A stretch of DNA of 55,346 bases, taken from positions 62,001 to 117,346 of the forward strand of contig JAXLNO010002087.1 in assembly GCA_038087875.1 (NCBI GenBank), in the 5' to 3' direction. Positions 36,928 to 48,339 of this stretch are shown here, piece after piece (positions within the stretch are counted from its first letter, which is position 1; the number at the start of each line of letters is the position of its first letter). This DNA is from Malacoraja senta. Taxonomy: Eukaryota. The notes below the pieces were generated by a model. That model did not search any database. It was not told the DNA's origin and was given only the letters and a program-made list of their open reading frames with translations. The position numbers and the translations under genes were made by a program.

Positions 36928-37455
36928 TGTGAGAAAGGGGTTAATAGGTATAAGTTGATTTAGACAAGAACCCTTTGTATAGTAGGGAGGATAGGGGGAG
37001 TGAAGGACGAGTACAGATGGTGACTTTTTCAAGGATGAGAACAGAGAAGATAGCAACAGCCCAGCCAAGAACAGGGGTAAGGGTCAGGAGAAACACTCTG
37101 TGCGCATGGGCAATGAACTTACATGAATATGTACACACACCCACTATGACAAGATGTCTCATTTAAATGCACATGCGATGCATGATATGGGAGGTGTCTT
37201 TTACGTCGGGTGGACGTTCCAGGACGTTCTCGTGGGAATGTGGGCTTTATGTTATGATTGGAAGAAGCACAATGGGGAGGGATGAGGGTGTGACAATGAT
37301 ACCCATGAAATGTATAAAGATAGAAGTCATCCCGATCCTCGGTGTGCCTCTAGGGGACATCAGAGGAGAGGCACCTATTCTGCAGAATATGATTTGAATA
37401 AAAAGCTTCTTTGCCGACTTTGTCTCTAAAAGCGTTTGTGATTTTGAATCTCACA
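36928..37455 (+). promoter_or_regulatory. ERV-B 5' LTR
   Basis: TG...CA termini, TATAAA at ~37314, AATAAA at ~37397; repeated at 42520-43063. Confidence 0.9.
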
Positions 37456-37460
37456 ATTTT

Positions 37461-37479
37461 TGGGGGCTCGTCTCGGGAC
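37461..37479 (+). promoter_or_regulatory. Primer-binding site, tRNA-Pro type
   Basis: TGGGGGCTCGTCTCGGGA versus canonical Pro PBS TGGGGGCTCGTCCGGGAT, 5 nt after the LTR. Confidence 0.8.
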
Positions 37480-40220
37480 CCCCACTCCGGCTGGCTGACG
37501 ACGGTATACAGAAGAAGGGACGGTGCACCCCGTTGATTTTAACGGTCCCAGACCCCTAGATTGCCGTCAGCGGTTTGGGCGAGTGGTATCCCTGAACAGA
37601 GACTCAGCAAAGAAGTGGGAGTAGTTGGAAATCCGATCGGGAGGAAGATCGGGGGAAATTCGCGAAGGAGCCAAATCGAGTGATTCTTGTGTACAGGACC
37701 CGGGTAAGAAAACTGACTATTAAGTACTACTCGGGCGATTGGGATAAGACCTTGTGGATACCGCCCTGAAGAATTCAGGGGTCTGTACGGGCAAGGCAGG
37801 AAAATGGCGGGAAAATAGATCAGGGGGAAATTCCGATCGGGAGGATGGGCCATGAGAACGGAAAGCCCACCAGGGAGGGGAAGGGCGGTAAGCCCGACAC
37901 CAGCATTCTGCCTGATAGTCCGTTGGGGCGAATGCTGAGCCTCTGGGGGCAGGGAAATACCCAGGGAATTGGAGGACAAAAATGATTGAGCCTCTGAGGG
38001 CAGAGAAATACCCAGGGAATTGGAGAAGACAAAAATGATTTGATTCTGTTATTTTGAGTTTTAATACATGTAAAAGATGTTGCATTTATTTGAAGTAAGA
38101 ATGGAACGAATGTGATTTGTGTGTAAAAACTGGTTTGGAATGAAAGAAGAAGTTTATATATGTGATAATTATTTTGTTTATTGTATTTGTAGACCACATT
38201 GGAAGAGTAAGTAAGTACGTTTTATTAAAATCAAAAATGTTCACTGTAGGTAGGTGTATGTTCCTTTAAATAAATCAGGTCATGGTGAAAGGCGCCGAAC
38301 AGCTGTAAGATAACGATTAATGTTTGTATCCTTGTAAGAAGGGGAAGTTGTGAAACCAGCTTTTGGTTTTTCTGATGTTCTTTTAGATTTCTAGTCAGTA
38401 AAGATAATTTGGAAAATTGTTACTAGTGCTAGGAATTGGACATTTAAAATAGTGGTGAATATGGATTGAAATAATTGGAAATAAGTTAATTGGTAAACAT
38501 TCAAGTTTAGAAAGAAAGGAGAGAGAGGCAGTTAGAAGATAACAGAAGTAGAAAAACGACAGGCGTGAAAGCAATAAAGCAGGAGGAGTCAGTGGAAGAT
38601 TTTTGCAAGGAGGCTAGAATATTTGAGAAGCAAGAAATTGAGTTTAGAATTAGAAAGAAGGCATACCAGAAAGGATTAAAGTTGGAAGCATTGGGATAAA
38701 GTGATGAGACTGTTTTAAAGAGAAAAGAGAAGGACAGACACAGATTATCCCTTGGGGCACCCATAAACTGAAAGGGCTAAAAAATACCTCACCCTATATC
38801 CCTGATGGGGGAGGAAATGGATTAGGGCTTTGGAGGAGGAGAACGTGGGACGATTATTGATCATGGAAGATTTGAAGGCACTGTTGGTAAAAGTGATAGG
38901 AACCACTAAAGTGACAGAACTACTGAAGATGGATGGTATAAACTGATGCGAACAATGTAACAAGCAATGGCATACTGTTTGACACAGTCAGGCAGAGGGT
39001 ATGGCAGACCCTCAGACAATGTTACCCACTTAAGAGGAACCCCAAGGAACAAGGGGAGATACAGAAGGAAAGGCAAATAGCCTATCTGGAAAACCAGCTG
39101 AAAAGGTGGAGAGTTGATTGATGAACATTATATTATGAACTACTGTGGTGGATGTCATTCTTCTTAAAGTCAAGCAGATTCAGCGAACAGTTGGTCTCTG
39201 CGGTCGAGAAATATCGCAAAGATAGGAAAAAGATTTGCAAACCAGCAGGAGGAGGTGTTGTCAATAAACAATGGACCTAAGTGAGTCCTATGACGGAACC
39301 AAGCAGGGCCAGAGAATTACATGCCAATAATGAATGTCTTTGGGGTACGTTTCCTCAAAAAGTCCTATCAGGAGTGAAATTAATCTGGATATAAGCCTTA
39401 ACAGGACTGGGGTCCCCAAGAGAGAAAGGGATTTAAAGGAGGATTTGTTGGTATTGTTCCATAAGTAACAAGCGATGTAAGAGAGAGAGAGAGAGAATTA
39501 AAAAAAATACTTCAGAATGTAGGACAGAGTATGATAACCTCGGGAAAAGGCAGGATATAGTTCAGACTAGATTAGGTATAAGCCCTGTAGTGTCGTTTAT
39601 GATGAATAAGGTAATTAAGAGGTTTGGTAGACGTACAGAAATCAGCTTTGACAACGGATTGTTTTCATTTAGGGAGTAGCTAAGTTGGCGATAGAGACCC
39701 TTAGAGTAAAATACACATTTGGGTATGTAACACCTGCAGTCACAGGCATGGTGGAAAGAATAAATGGAACATTGAAGGTTAATATAAATAAGATTTGTTT
39801 AATTACAAAGTTGAATGGGATCGATGACCTGCCATTGGCACTGAAGAGATGTTGCATGCAAACTAACCGAGCAGGTGGCACAATGGAGAGGTCCCTACAA
39901 GAGACCGAGTTTGGAACAGTTAAAGATAGAATTTAAAAAGTATATGAAACAGTTAATTATGATATACAAGTCTATTTATGAACAGGAAAAGTAAAAGCTG
40001 TTGGAGGTGGACCAGGAGGAAGGACCCTTTAAACCTGAAGACAAGGTGTATGTATGAGTTTTCTAAACTACCGACCGATGTTCAGGTAGAAGGTTGATAT
40101 ACCTGGTACCATTTCAATAATACCTGAGGGCTGTCCCGCAGGTACGAATAGATAATAGCCCTGAGGTAAGTGAACAGGAGGACAAGAGATGTGAGAAAAG
40201 AGTAGAGTTTGAACAAGAAC

Positions 40221-41180
40221 GTTGTTTGACATCAGTGGTGGGCAAAATAATGGAAAGCATACTTAAGACAATATAAGAATTTGGATAAATAGGGTAGGAT
40301 TAGGAAGAATTAGCATGGATTTGTGATTGTGATGTTTGACTAATCTTGAATTTTTTGAAAAGGTTATTAGGGAAATTGATGAGGGTAAAGTGATGGATGT
40401 TGTCTAGATGAACTTCAGTAAGGCCTTTGACAAGGTTCAATAAGGAAATAAGGTTGGTTAAGAAGGGTTAGTAAGGAATAGCAAGATGGATTAAAAAGTG
40501 GCTGTATGGGAGATGTCAGAGAGCAATGGTGGATGGATGTTTGTCAGGTTGGAGGTCAGTGACTAGAGGGGTACCTCGGGGATGTGTGTTGGGTCCACTG
40601 TTGTTTGTCATGTGAATCAATAATCTGGATGTTGGTGTGGTAAAATAGATTAATAAGTATGTAGATGATAATAAGATAGGTGGTGTTGTGAATAATGAAG
40701 TAGATTTTAAAAAGTGTACAGAGAGATTTAGGTCATTTGGAAGAATGGGTTGAAACATGACAGATGGGTTTAATGTTGATAAGTGTGAGGTGATACATCT
40801 TGGCAGGACAAATCAAAATTGAATGTACATGGTAAATGATTGTGAATTGAGGAATGAAGTTGAATAGAGGGATCTAGGAATAACTGTGCATGGTTCCCTG
40901 AAGGTGGAATTTCATGAAGATAGGATGGTAAAGAAAGATTTTGGTGTGTTGGCCTTTATAAATCAGAGCATTGTGTATAGAAGTTGGGTTGTAATGTTAA
41001 ATTGTACAAGGTATTGGTGAGGTCAATTGTGGAGTATGGTGTATAATTTTGGTAGGCATAATTATAGGAAGGATGTCAACAAAATAGAGAGAGTACAGAG
41101 GAGATCAATTAGAATGTTGACTGGGTTTCAGCAACTAAGACACAGAGAAAGGTTGAACAAGTTAGGTCTTTATTATTTAG
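40221..41180 (+). mobile_element. Tail-less, heavily C-depleted CR1 RT fragment inside ERV-B
   Basis: Aligns to the reverse complement of 28760-29700 (GACTAATCTTGAATTTTTTGAAAAGGTT, CTTCAGTAAGGCCTTTGACAAGGTTC, GGGTCCACTGTTGTTTGTCAT). Confidence 0.9.
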
Positions 41181-42500
41181 GAACGATAGAAGGGGTCCCA
41201 ACAAATACAAGGGAATGATGTATTCCTAAGGAACTATTTACTGGCAGTATCTCGTTCTCTTACAGAATTAAGAACCATGGGGCTGCTGGCACAGAGTCCC
41301 CATCTCGACTTTCCAATCCATTCTGTGAAAGCGAGGGACTGGGATCTTGTAACATCATGGAAGGAAGAAAAGCTGCAACCTAAGTGGACTGGACCCTACC
41401 TGGTGTTACTAATCACCGAGACAGCAGTACGAACAAAAGAAAAAGGGTGGACACACGCAAGCCGATTTAAGGGTCCTGTGGAGGCCCCACCAAACAATAT
41501 CAGCCCGTGGACTGTGCGCAAAGGAGAGGAACCATTGACTTTAATATTTAACAAGAACCCGCGGGAAAAATGAAGATTTCGTGTTGGTGGGTCGTGTGTT
41601 GGGTGGTTACCCAACTATGTAAGCATACAGAGTGTTCAAATGCAGGAAAGTGGAAGGATGTGCAGATAGAACAGGGAGAATGAGCCTAAGGATTTGAAGA
41701 TAATGATAGTAGCAGGAGAAACAGAATTAAGGCAATTATATGAGGAGGGAATACCTACAGGAGGGAAGGGAGCCAACACCTGGCTTGCCTGGATGATGTA
41801 CACGGCCAGGAGTATGCAACACACCAATTGCTACGCCTGTGCCGGAGCTAAGCCTCAGCTGGTTCCAGAACCATTTCCCTTGAATTGGGATAGGACACCT
41901 GGGGCTATGTCATGTATACTACAGCTATTCACGAATCCCATCCTACCAAAGGATGCGACCTGCCAGAGTTATCATTACCTACTCCCGGCTAGCAACAACA
42001 ATACAAAGGGCCGAAGGACAGACCCTTCGACACACACATATATATAGATGCGATAGGGGTGCCAAGAGGGGTACCCGATGAATTCAAAGCCAGAAACCAG
42101 ATAGCTGCGGGCTTTGAGTCCATACTCTTCTGGTGGTCCACACTTAATAAAAATGTGGACTGGATCAACTACCTATACTACAATCAACAACGCTTTATAA
42201 ATTACACTCGAGATGCGGTTGAAGGATTAGCGGAACAACTGACAGATACCAGCCTAATGGCCTGGCAAAATCGCATGGCCTTAGACATGCTACTGGCTGA
42301 GAAGGGAGGGGTGTGTGTAATGTTTGGGGAACAATGTTGCACCTTCATCCCCAACAACATTGCTCCTGATGGGTCAGTATCGAGAGCCCTAGCAGGTCTC
42401 ACCTCCCTGTCTATCGAATGAGAGGAAGATAGAGAGAGGCGAAGATTCTGCTGCTAGCATTAGAGAAGGGGCAGATAGTCTAAATCAAAGATTGCAGTAG
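41181..42500 (+). pseudogene. env: ERV-B integrase C-terminus and internally deleted env
   Basis: WKEEKLQPKWTGPYLVLLITETAVRT; env NTWLAWMMYTA...CYACA; YIDAIGVPRGVPDEFKARNQIAAGFES...WQNRMALDMLLAEKGGVCVMFGEQCC; furin site and membrane anchor missing. Confidence 0.88.
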
Positions 42501-42519
42501 CAATAGTAAAAGTGTGGAT

Positions 42520-43063
42520 TGTGAGAAAGGGGTTAATAGGTATAAGTTGATTTAGACAAGAACCCTTTGTATAGTAGGGAGTATAGTAGGGAGGATAGGG
42601 GGAGTGAAGGACAAGTACAGATGGTGACTTTTTCAAGGATGAGAACAGAGAAGATAAGGAGACCATCCAGGATAGAACTAGGGTAAAGGTCAGAAGAAAC
42701 ACTCTGTGCGCATGGGCAATGAACTTACATGAATATGTACACACACCCACTATGACAAGATGTCTCATTTAAATGCACATGCGATGCATGATATGGGAGG
42801 TGTCTTTGACGTCGGGTGGACGTTCCAGGACGTTCTCGTGGGAATGTGGGCTTTATGTTATGATTGGAAGAAGCACAATGGGGAGGGATGAGGGTGTGAC
42901 AATGATACCCATTAAATGTATAAAGATAGAAGTCATCCCGATCCTCGGTGTGCCTCCAGGGGACATCAGAGGAGAGGCACCTATTCTGCAGAATATGATT
43001 TTGAATTAAAAGCTTCTTTGCTGACTTTGTCTCTAAAAGCGTTTGTGATTTTTGAATCTCACA
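42520..43063 (+). promoter_or_regulatory. ERV-B 3' LTR
   Basis: Repeat of the 5' LTR; preceded by a degenerate purine tract AAAAGTGTGGAT. Confidence 0.9.
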
Positions 43064-43916
43064 ATGACCATGGCTGACGTTCCTCAGGCATCAACTCCTG
43101 TTCGGTGCCAGTTCCTCATTGCACTCAATTCTCCAATCTTTCAAAAGTTTAACTACCGCCATATTAAATACTTCCAATGATTTTGTCTTCACAAATCTCT
43201 GGCGCCAGAGAATGACCACACTCTGCAAAAAGAGATTTTGTAAACAAATGACTGGTCTCTTTTATCTCTTATTGAAGAGGAGTGAAAATACGGCCAAATT
43301 TAAGCTTGTCCCCTCCCCAATTGGCCCTCATTTTGTAACTTGTCAATTATTTATTATTGTCAATAATATGCCCTAGTGAAAAGATTTGCCGTTGGTATTA
43401 GTTTATTATTGTCACGTGAACTGTGATATAGTCAAAAGTTTTTTCTGTGTGTTATCCAATCAGATCATACTACACATGTGCAATCAAGCCATCCACAAGT
43501 AGAACAGTGCAAAGAGAAAACTACTCAGAGTGCAGAATATCGGGTTACAATATCATAGCATTACAGTTACAGAGAAAGTGCAGATCAAAAAGAGTTGCAA
43601 GGATCACAATGAGATTGGTTGGAAGATCAGGACAACATCTTATCTTACATGAGAATCATTCAGTAGTCCAATAACAGTGGGGAAGAAGCTGTTCCTGAAT
43701 TTAATGGTGCATACTTTCAAACGTTCTTGTGTACTGTCTTAACAGGGAGCATACAATCCCTTTTAAACCACGTGTTTTGTTGATGGTGCCGAAAGAGGCA
43801 AAATGGGGCAGATGTGGACAGTAACTTGGTTGTTGTAGTAGACTGAAGAATATTTTGTGGTGGGTGACTGTGCAAGTTTTACTGAAGATGAAAATAACCA
43901 TCTTACTGCCTTGTAG

Positions 43917-44183
43917 TTTCCCCTGAGGTCACTCTCGCTGCCTGCCCTGATGATCATTCAGTCCTGTACTGCACTGTGTTTGGATTTTACCCACCAGCCA
44001 TCAATGTCAGCTGGTTGCAGAATGGTCAACATGTCTCTGAGACGAAATCTTCTGGGGTCATACCCAACAACGATGGAACATATCATCTAAGGTCTGTCCT
44101 TGAGTATGATCCATATGATGGGAAACAGTATTCCTGTCATGTCAATCACAGCAGCCTGCCCGGTGGGAAGATCATCATCTGGG
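43917..44183 (+). CDS. Exon encoding a C1-set Ig domain, best matching MHC class I alpha3
   Basis: Acceptor TCTTACTGCCTTGTAG, donor GTAAG, phase 1-1, 267 bp: SPEVTLAACPDDHSVLYCTVFGFYPPAINVSWLQNG...SSGVIPNNDGTYHLRSVLEYDPYDGKQYSCHVNHSSLPGGKIIIW (C, GFYP, W, N.DGTY, YSC.V.H motifs). Confidence 0.85.
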
Positions 44184-44258
44184 GTAAGAACGTTAAATAT
44201 TCTTTCATAGATAATCATTATCTTCTGTTGTTTCCATTTTAATCATTGTGACTACATC

Positions 44259-45299
44259 TAGGTATGTTACAAAACTTACCTTCAGCGGCGCTGCAGTTCT
44301 GTCACTGCCCGTGTGCGCGACTTTGGCGCCTTTGAGAGGGGGGCGGGTTTAAAATGCAATATTTCGGCAGCCTGTTCTAAACGATCTTGAACAGGCTAAA
44401 TAGTTGATGAAGAAAAATCGCTTTGACTGCCGTTTTATTAAGTTTATTAATATTAGCGCTTTATAATTTAATTGGTGGAGTAAAATTAAAATCATCTTCA
44501 AATGCCGTAAACGCAGACAACGGGGACGGATTTCACGCACGGGACAAGGCAAGGTACACCATTTATTTTTTCATATAAACTTGCTTCTTAGGATGCCTTT
44601 AATAAAAATTTCAAGTTGCAAAAATGTGATTATTTAAGTATACCAACCGGCAGTATTTTTCCTGCCGATATTGGGATTTAATTCAGTGCAACCGCAGCGT
44701 TCCAAACCAGCGCGTTCCACAAAATCCCACTCGCAAGATGATTTAAATGGCCATTAATTTACAGGAATTAAACACTAAATTCCTTCCATTTGGCCTATAA
44801 ATTAATGACAATGAGATTTAAAAATAATGTTATATTGTGAATTCTTGTGTGAATGTTATTTGGACACTTAGGCTTTTTAAAAATGTTAACTTTTTCTTAA
44901 GAAATGGACAGATATTTAGATCTAGTAATTGAATTTTGTAATTAGCTACAATTGGGTAACTAACTAATTATATGCTTTAATTTCAGGTCATCCAAGTAAG
45001 ATTGTTTCATATTTGTTTCAGAATGCTTCAATCTATAATAACTGAAAATGTCATTAAGTTCTCTTAATTTTTAAGAAAGTTATGGGCTTTTGACTGTCCT
45101 TGATCACAGCTTTTGTTTTAAGTCAATGGAAAAGCAATAGGGAACAAGATGCTAATTTCCGAGTATGAAAATGGCCAAACTTTTTTAACACAGAAGATAT
45201 GAAAGTGGATTAGGTGTCAAATTAAACTTCTTTTTATGCTTTATCTGATGGGATAAATTGCAGACTTGATTTTTAAAATCTCAAAATTTTGTGACATTG
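44259..45299. mobile_element. Putative non-autonomous DNA transposon in the alpha3-TM intron
   Basis: Imperfect 13-bp inverted ends GTATGTTACAAAA / TTTTGTGACATTG; CTACATC direct repeat on both flanks; no ORF. Confidence 0.5.
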
Positions 45300-45589
45300 C
45301 TACATCCCATGTAGTACATCCCACATTCCAAGATGCTTAAACTTTCTTTGTTTAGTGGTGTTGCTCTAAGTAATCACGTAATCAGTACCCACTCTCCACA
45401 TGAGCAGAAGACTTTGTCAACAGAAAATATATTAAAAGTAAGTAAATAAATAACTAATATACAAGGAAGGAGTATTTGGGATTCTCAGTGGTGGAACTGA
45501 TATCCATGAAAGGTATGTTTAAATATAAAATGAATCTTTCCTCATGATGTGATTAACAGCAAGGCACTGGGGGAGTACATGCCCCAATC

Positions 45590-46330
45590 TGAATCAATAG
45601 TCTGAAGTGGAAATGATTGAGAGCTTCGTGTTCCTTGGCATGAATATATCCAATATTCGGTCATGGACTGGCCACATAGCCAAGGAGGCACACCAACACC
45701 TCTACTTCCTCAGGAGACTGAGGATATTCATCATGTCTCTGGTGACTCCAGCAAACATCTATAGATGCCGCTAGAGAAAGCATGTTGTTGGGTTGCATCA
45801 CATCTTGATTTGGGAACTGCACTGCCCAAGACTGCAAGAATATATAAAGAGTTAAAGATCATCACACAGCCCAGACTTCCCAGTATTGACCCAATCTACA
45901 CCAGGTACCCTTGGAAAACGAGACTTATCCCACCTTTCTCACATTCCTCCTTCCTGCTCCCATCAGGCAATAGGTACTGAAAGTTGAAAATAAGCACTGC
46001 CAGACTCAGGAACACCCCCTTTCCACCTGTTAACAGGCTTCGGAAGGGTCCTTCCATAATGTAGGTTTAATGCCCGATTCACCTCAACCTCATTGAACAT
46101 TGAACATTGTCCATGGAACTGATGTGTTACAATGCTGAGAACTATATTCTGTACTCTGTATCCTCCTCTTTGCTCTATCTATTGTTTTTGAGTTTTTTAT
46201 TTATCTATAGTATTATCTAATTTATTTGGATAGCATACAAAACAAACCTTTGCACTGTATCTTGAAACATCTGACATTAATAAAACTAAACCTAATGAAG
46301 TAAGTTCCCTGACGCAAGTTACAGATTCAG
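45590..46330 (+). mobile_element. Degenerate Rex1/Babar 3' fragment
   Basis: CTCTACTTCCTCAGGAGACTGAGG (LYFLRRLR), SSFLLPSGNRY. Confidence 0.7.
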
Positions 46331-47979
46331 CAACGAAAAATATAACTGCCTGACAAACAGCGATCGTACTAGTTTGATTCCAGGTATGCTGCACTAACCT
46401 ACACAAATGTTCACTTTTGAAGATTCCCTCGAACAATGCACAAATAAGGAATCTGATGTTTCACTCTGAAGACTGTTGACATACTCCAGAACTTAATTTT
46501 CAACCTATCTATGTATCATCAGCAATCTAGGCTACAGCGCCATCAGTCCCTTCATCTGCTCTTAATACTAACGATAAGTAGTTCACTTTCTTGCATTGAT
46601 TCCCATCCTGCAGTTGCAGTTTCCCAACCTGAACACTCCTTTAAGACTCTGCTTGCTCTTAATTGTTTTTCCATTCATGCTAATTATTACCCCCAATGTC
46701 ATAAGCCATGTGCCTTTGCATCACTTGATCAGATATCTTATGAAAATCCAGATATTCTGGCGACATCTGGTGGTCAGGCCACTTATTGCTCGAACCCTCG
46801 TCAGGGGAGCTGGGACTATCACATGACAGGGTTTTGGTGGGAGTTGGTGATGAATCAGTCGCCAGTCAACTGGTGTGCCCGATAACAACGGCAGGAACTT
46901 TTCTCAAGTCCTTACTAAACACGAGTGTGCCAAAACTCTATTTCTTTAAAAAAAAACATTGATTTGTTCACAACGCTTGGATCTCTACAATATATTGTAT
47001 TTCTTTTGTTTCTCATTCCAATTTTGTTACCTATTCTGCTTTTCCATCATTTTGTTTTTGAATTTTAGGCTGTGCACACCTGCAAACTACTGCTGCTCAA
47101 ATATACATTGTCTATGGGTTCCTGTTGCATTTTCAAAGAATTCTAATCAATTTCTCAAACAAAGTTTGAAGAAGGGTCCGTAAACGAAATGTCACCTGTC
47201 CATGTGTAGGGAGAAACTGCAAATGCTGGTTTACACCGAAGATGGACACAAATTGCTGGAATAACTCAGCTGGTCAGGCGGCATCTCTGGAGAAAAGGAA
47301 TAGGTGATGTTTCGGGTCACGATCCTTCTGACTGAGTCCATGTTCGCCAGATATGTTGCCTATTCCGCTGAGTTACTCCAGCATTTTGTGTCTATCATGT
47401 ATATTCTTTCCACTGACTGGTTAGCATGAAACAAAAGCTTTTCACTGTACCTCAGTACTCGTGACAATAAACTAAACTAAAGCTTTTGTGTAAATCAGTA
47501 TCTGCATCTCTTTCTTTCTACAATTTTCCTGTTAATGCCCTGTTAATGCACTTTATTGTTTTGTTATTACTTAAATGTTCTGCCATTACTGAAAGGAATC
47601 CAGCATTTTTCCCAAAACAGATGTTAGTTTATATAGGGTTAAAGCTTTCTGCTTTCAATTCACCTTCTTTCATGAATTAAGTTGTGGCTGTGATGGTGCC
47701 ATAGATCATAGAGTTGTACAGAACAGATATTGCCCCTTTGCCATGTTGCAGATCTCCGTGATTCAAAACAACATATTTATTATATACCTTGAAAAGTGCC
47801 AAAGATAGACACAAAATGCTGGAGTAACTCAGCGGGTCAGGTAACATCTCTGGAGCAAAGGAATAGGTGGCATTTTGGGTCGAGACCCTTCTTCACCCTG
47901 AAGTCTTCAGACAGTGCCCATCTATTTAGCTGCACAGCTTAACAAATGATATGTAAAATTATGCATTCTTATTTTTCAG

Positions 47980-48087
47980 AAGGAAATAGGAAGAAAGACA
48001 GGCACATAGGCCTTATTGCCGTGTGTGTGCTGATATTGCTGGCTATTGTCTTGGCAGTAATTGTTTGGTGGAGAAAAAAGAGGAGAG
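47980..48087 (+). CDS. Connecting-peptide/transmembrane exon of the MHC class I-like gene
   Basis: Acceptor TTCTTATTTTTCAG, donor GTAAG, phase 1-1, in frame with the Ig exon: (E)GNRKKDRHIGLIAVCVLILLAIVLAVIVWWRKKRR(G); ~22 hydrophobic residues followed by a basic stop-transfer. Confidence 0.85.
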
Positions 48088-48339
48088 GTAAGATGGAAAA
48101 ATTGTGATGCACTGTTGCTAGTAAAGGTATTGGGCTTGAAGAAATGATCGATCTCAAGTAGGATAAGGCAGCAGCTACACATGAAATGCCTCGACAGTCA
48201 CCACTGTCAACTAGCCTTTGTGCTGTTGTTAAATGTTTCTGATGATCAGATATTTGAAAATTGTGAATTCAGTGTAAAAAAAAAAGTTAAACATTATGGA
48301 TTCACTGCACCAAATCCTAGAGATATCATTGAGTCATTA

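Larger units (their letters stand above)
36928..43063 (+). mobile_element. ERV-B: defective two-LTR class I endogenous retrovirus, mosaic internal region
   Basis: LTRs 36928-37455 and 42520-43063 (TGTGAG...CTCACA); PBS; gag start ATG 37845; IN and env fragments. Confidence 0.92.

Noticed and set aside
45356-45437. Possible extra exon between alpha3 and TM (TTTGTTTAG ... GTAAGT)
   Set aside because: 82 bp; the phase-1 frame needed has an immediate stop (CTC TAA)
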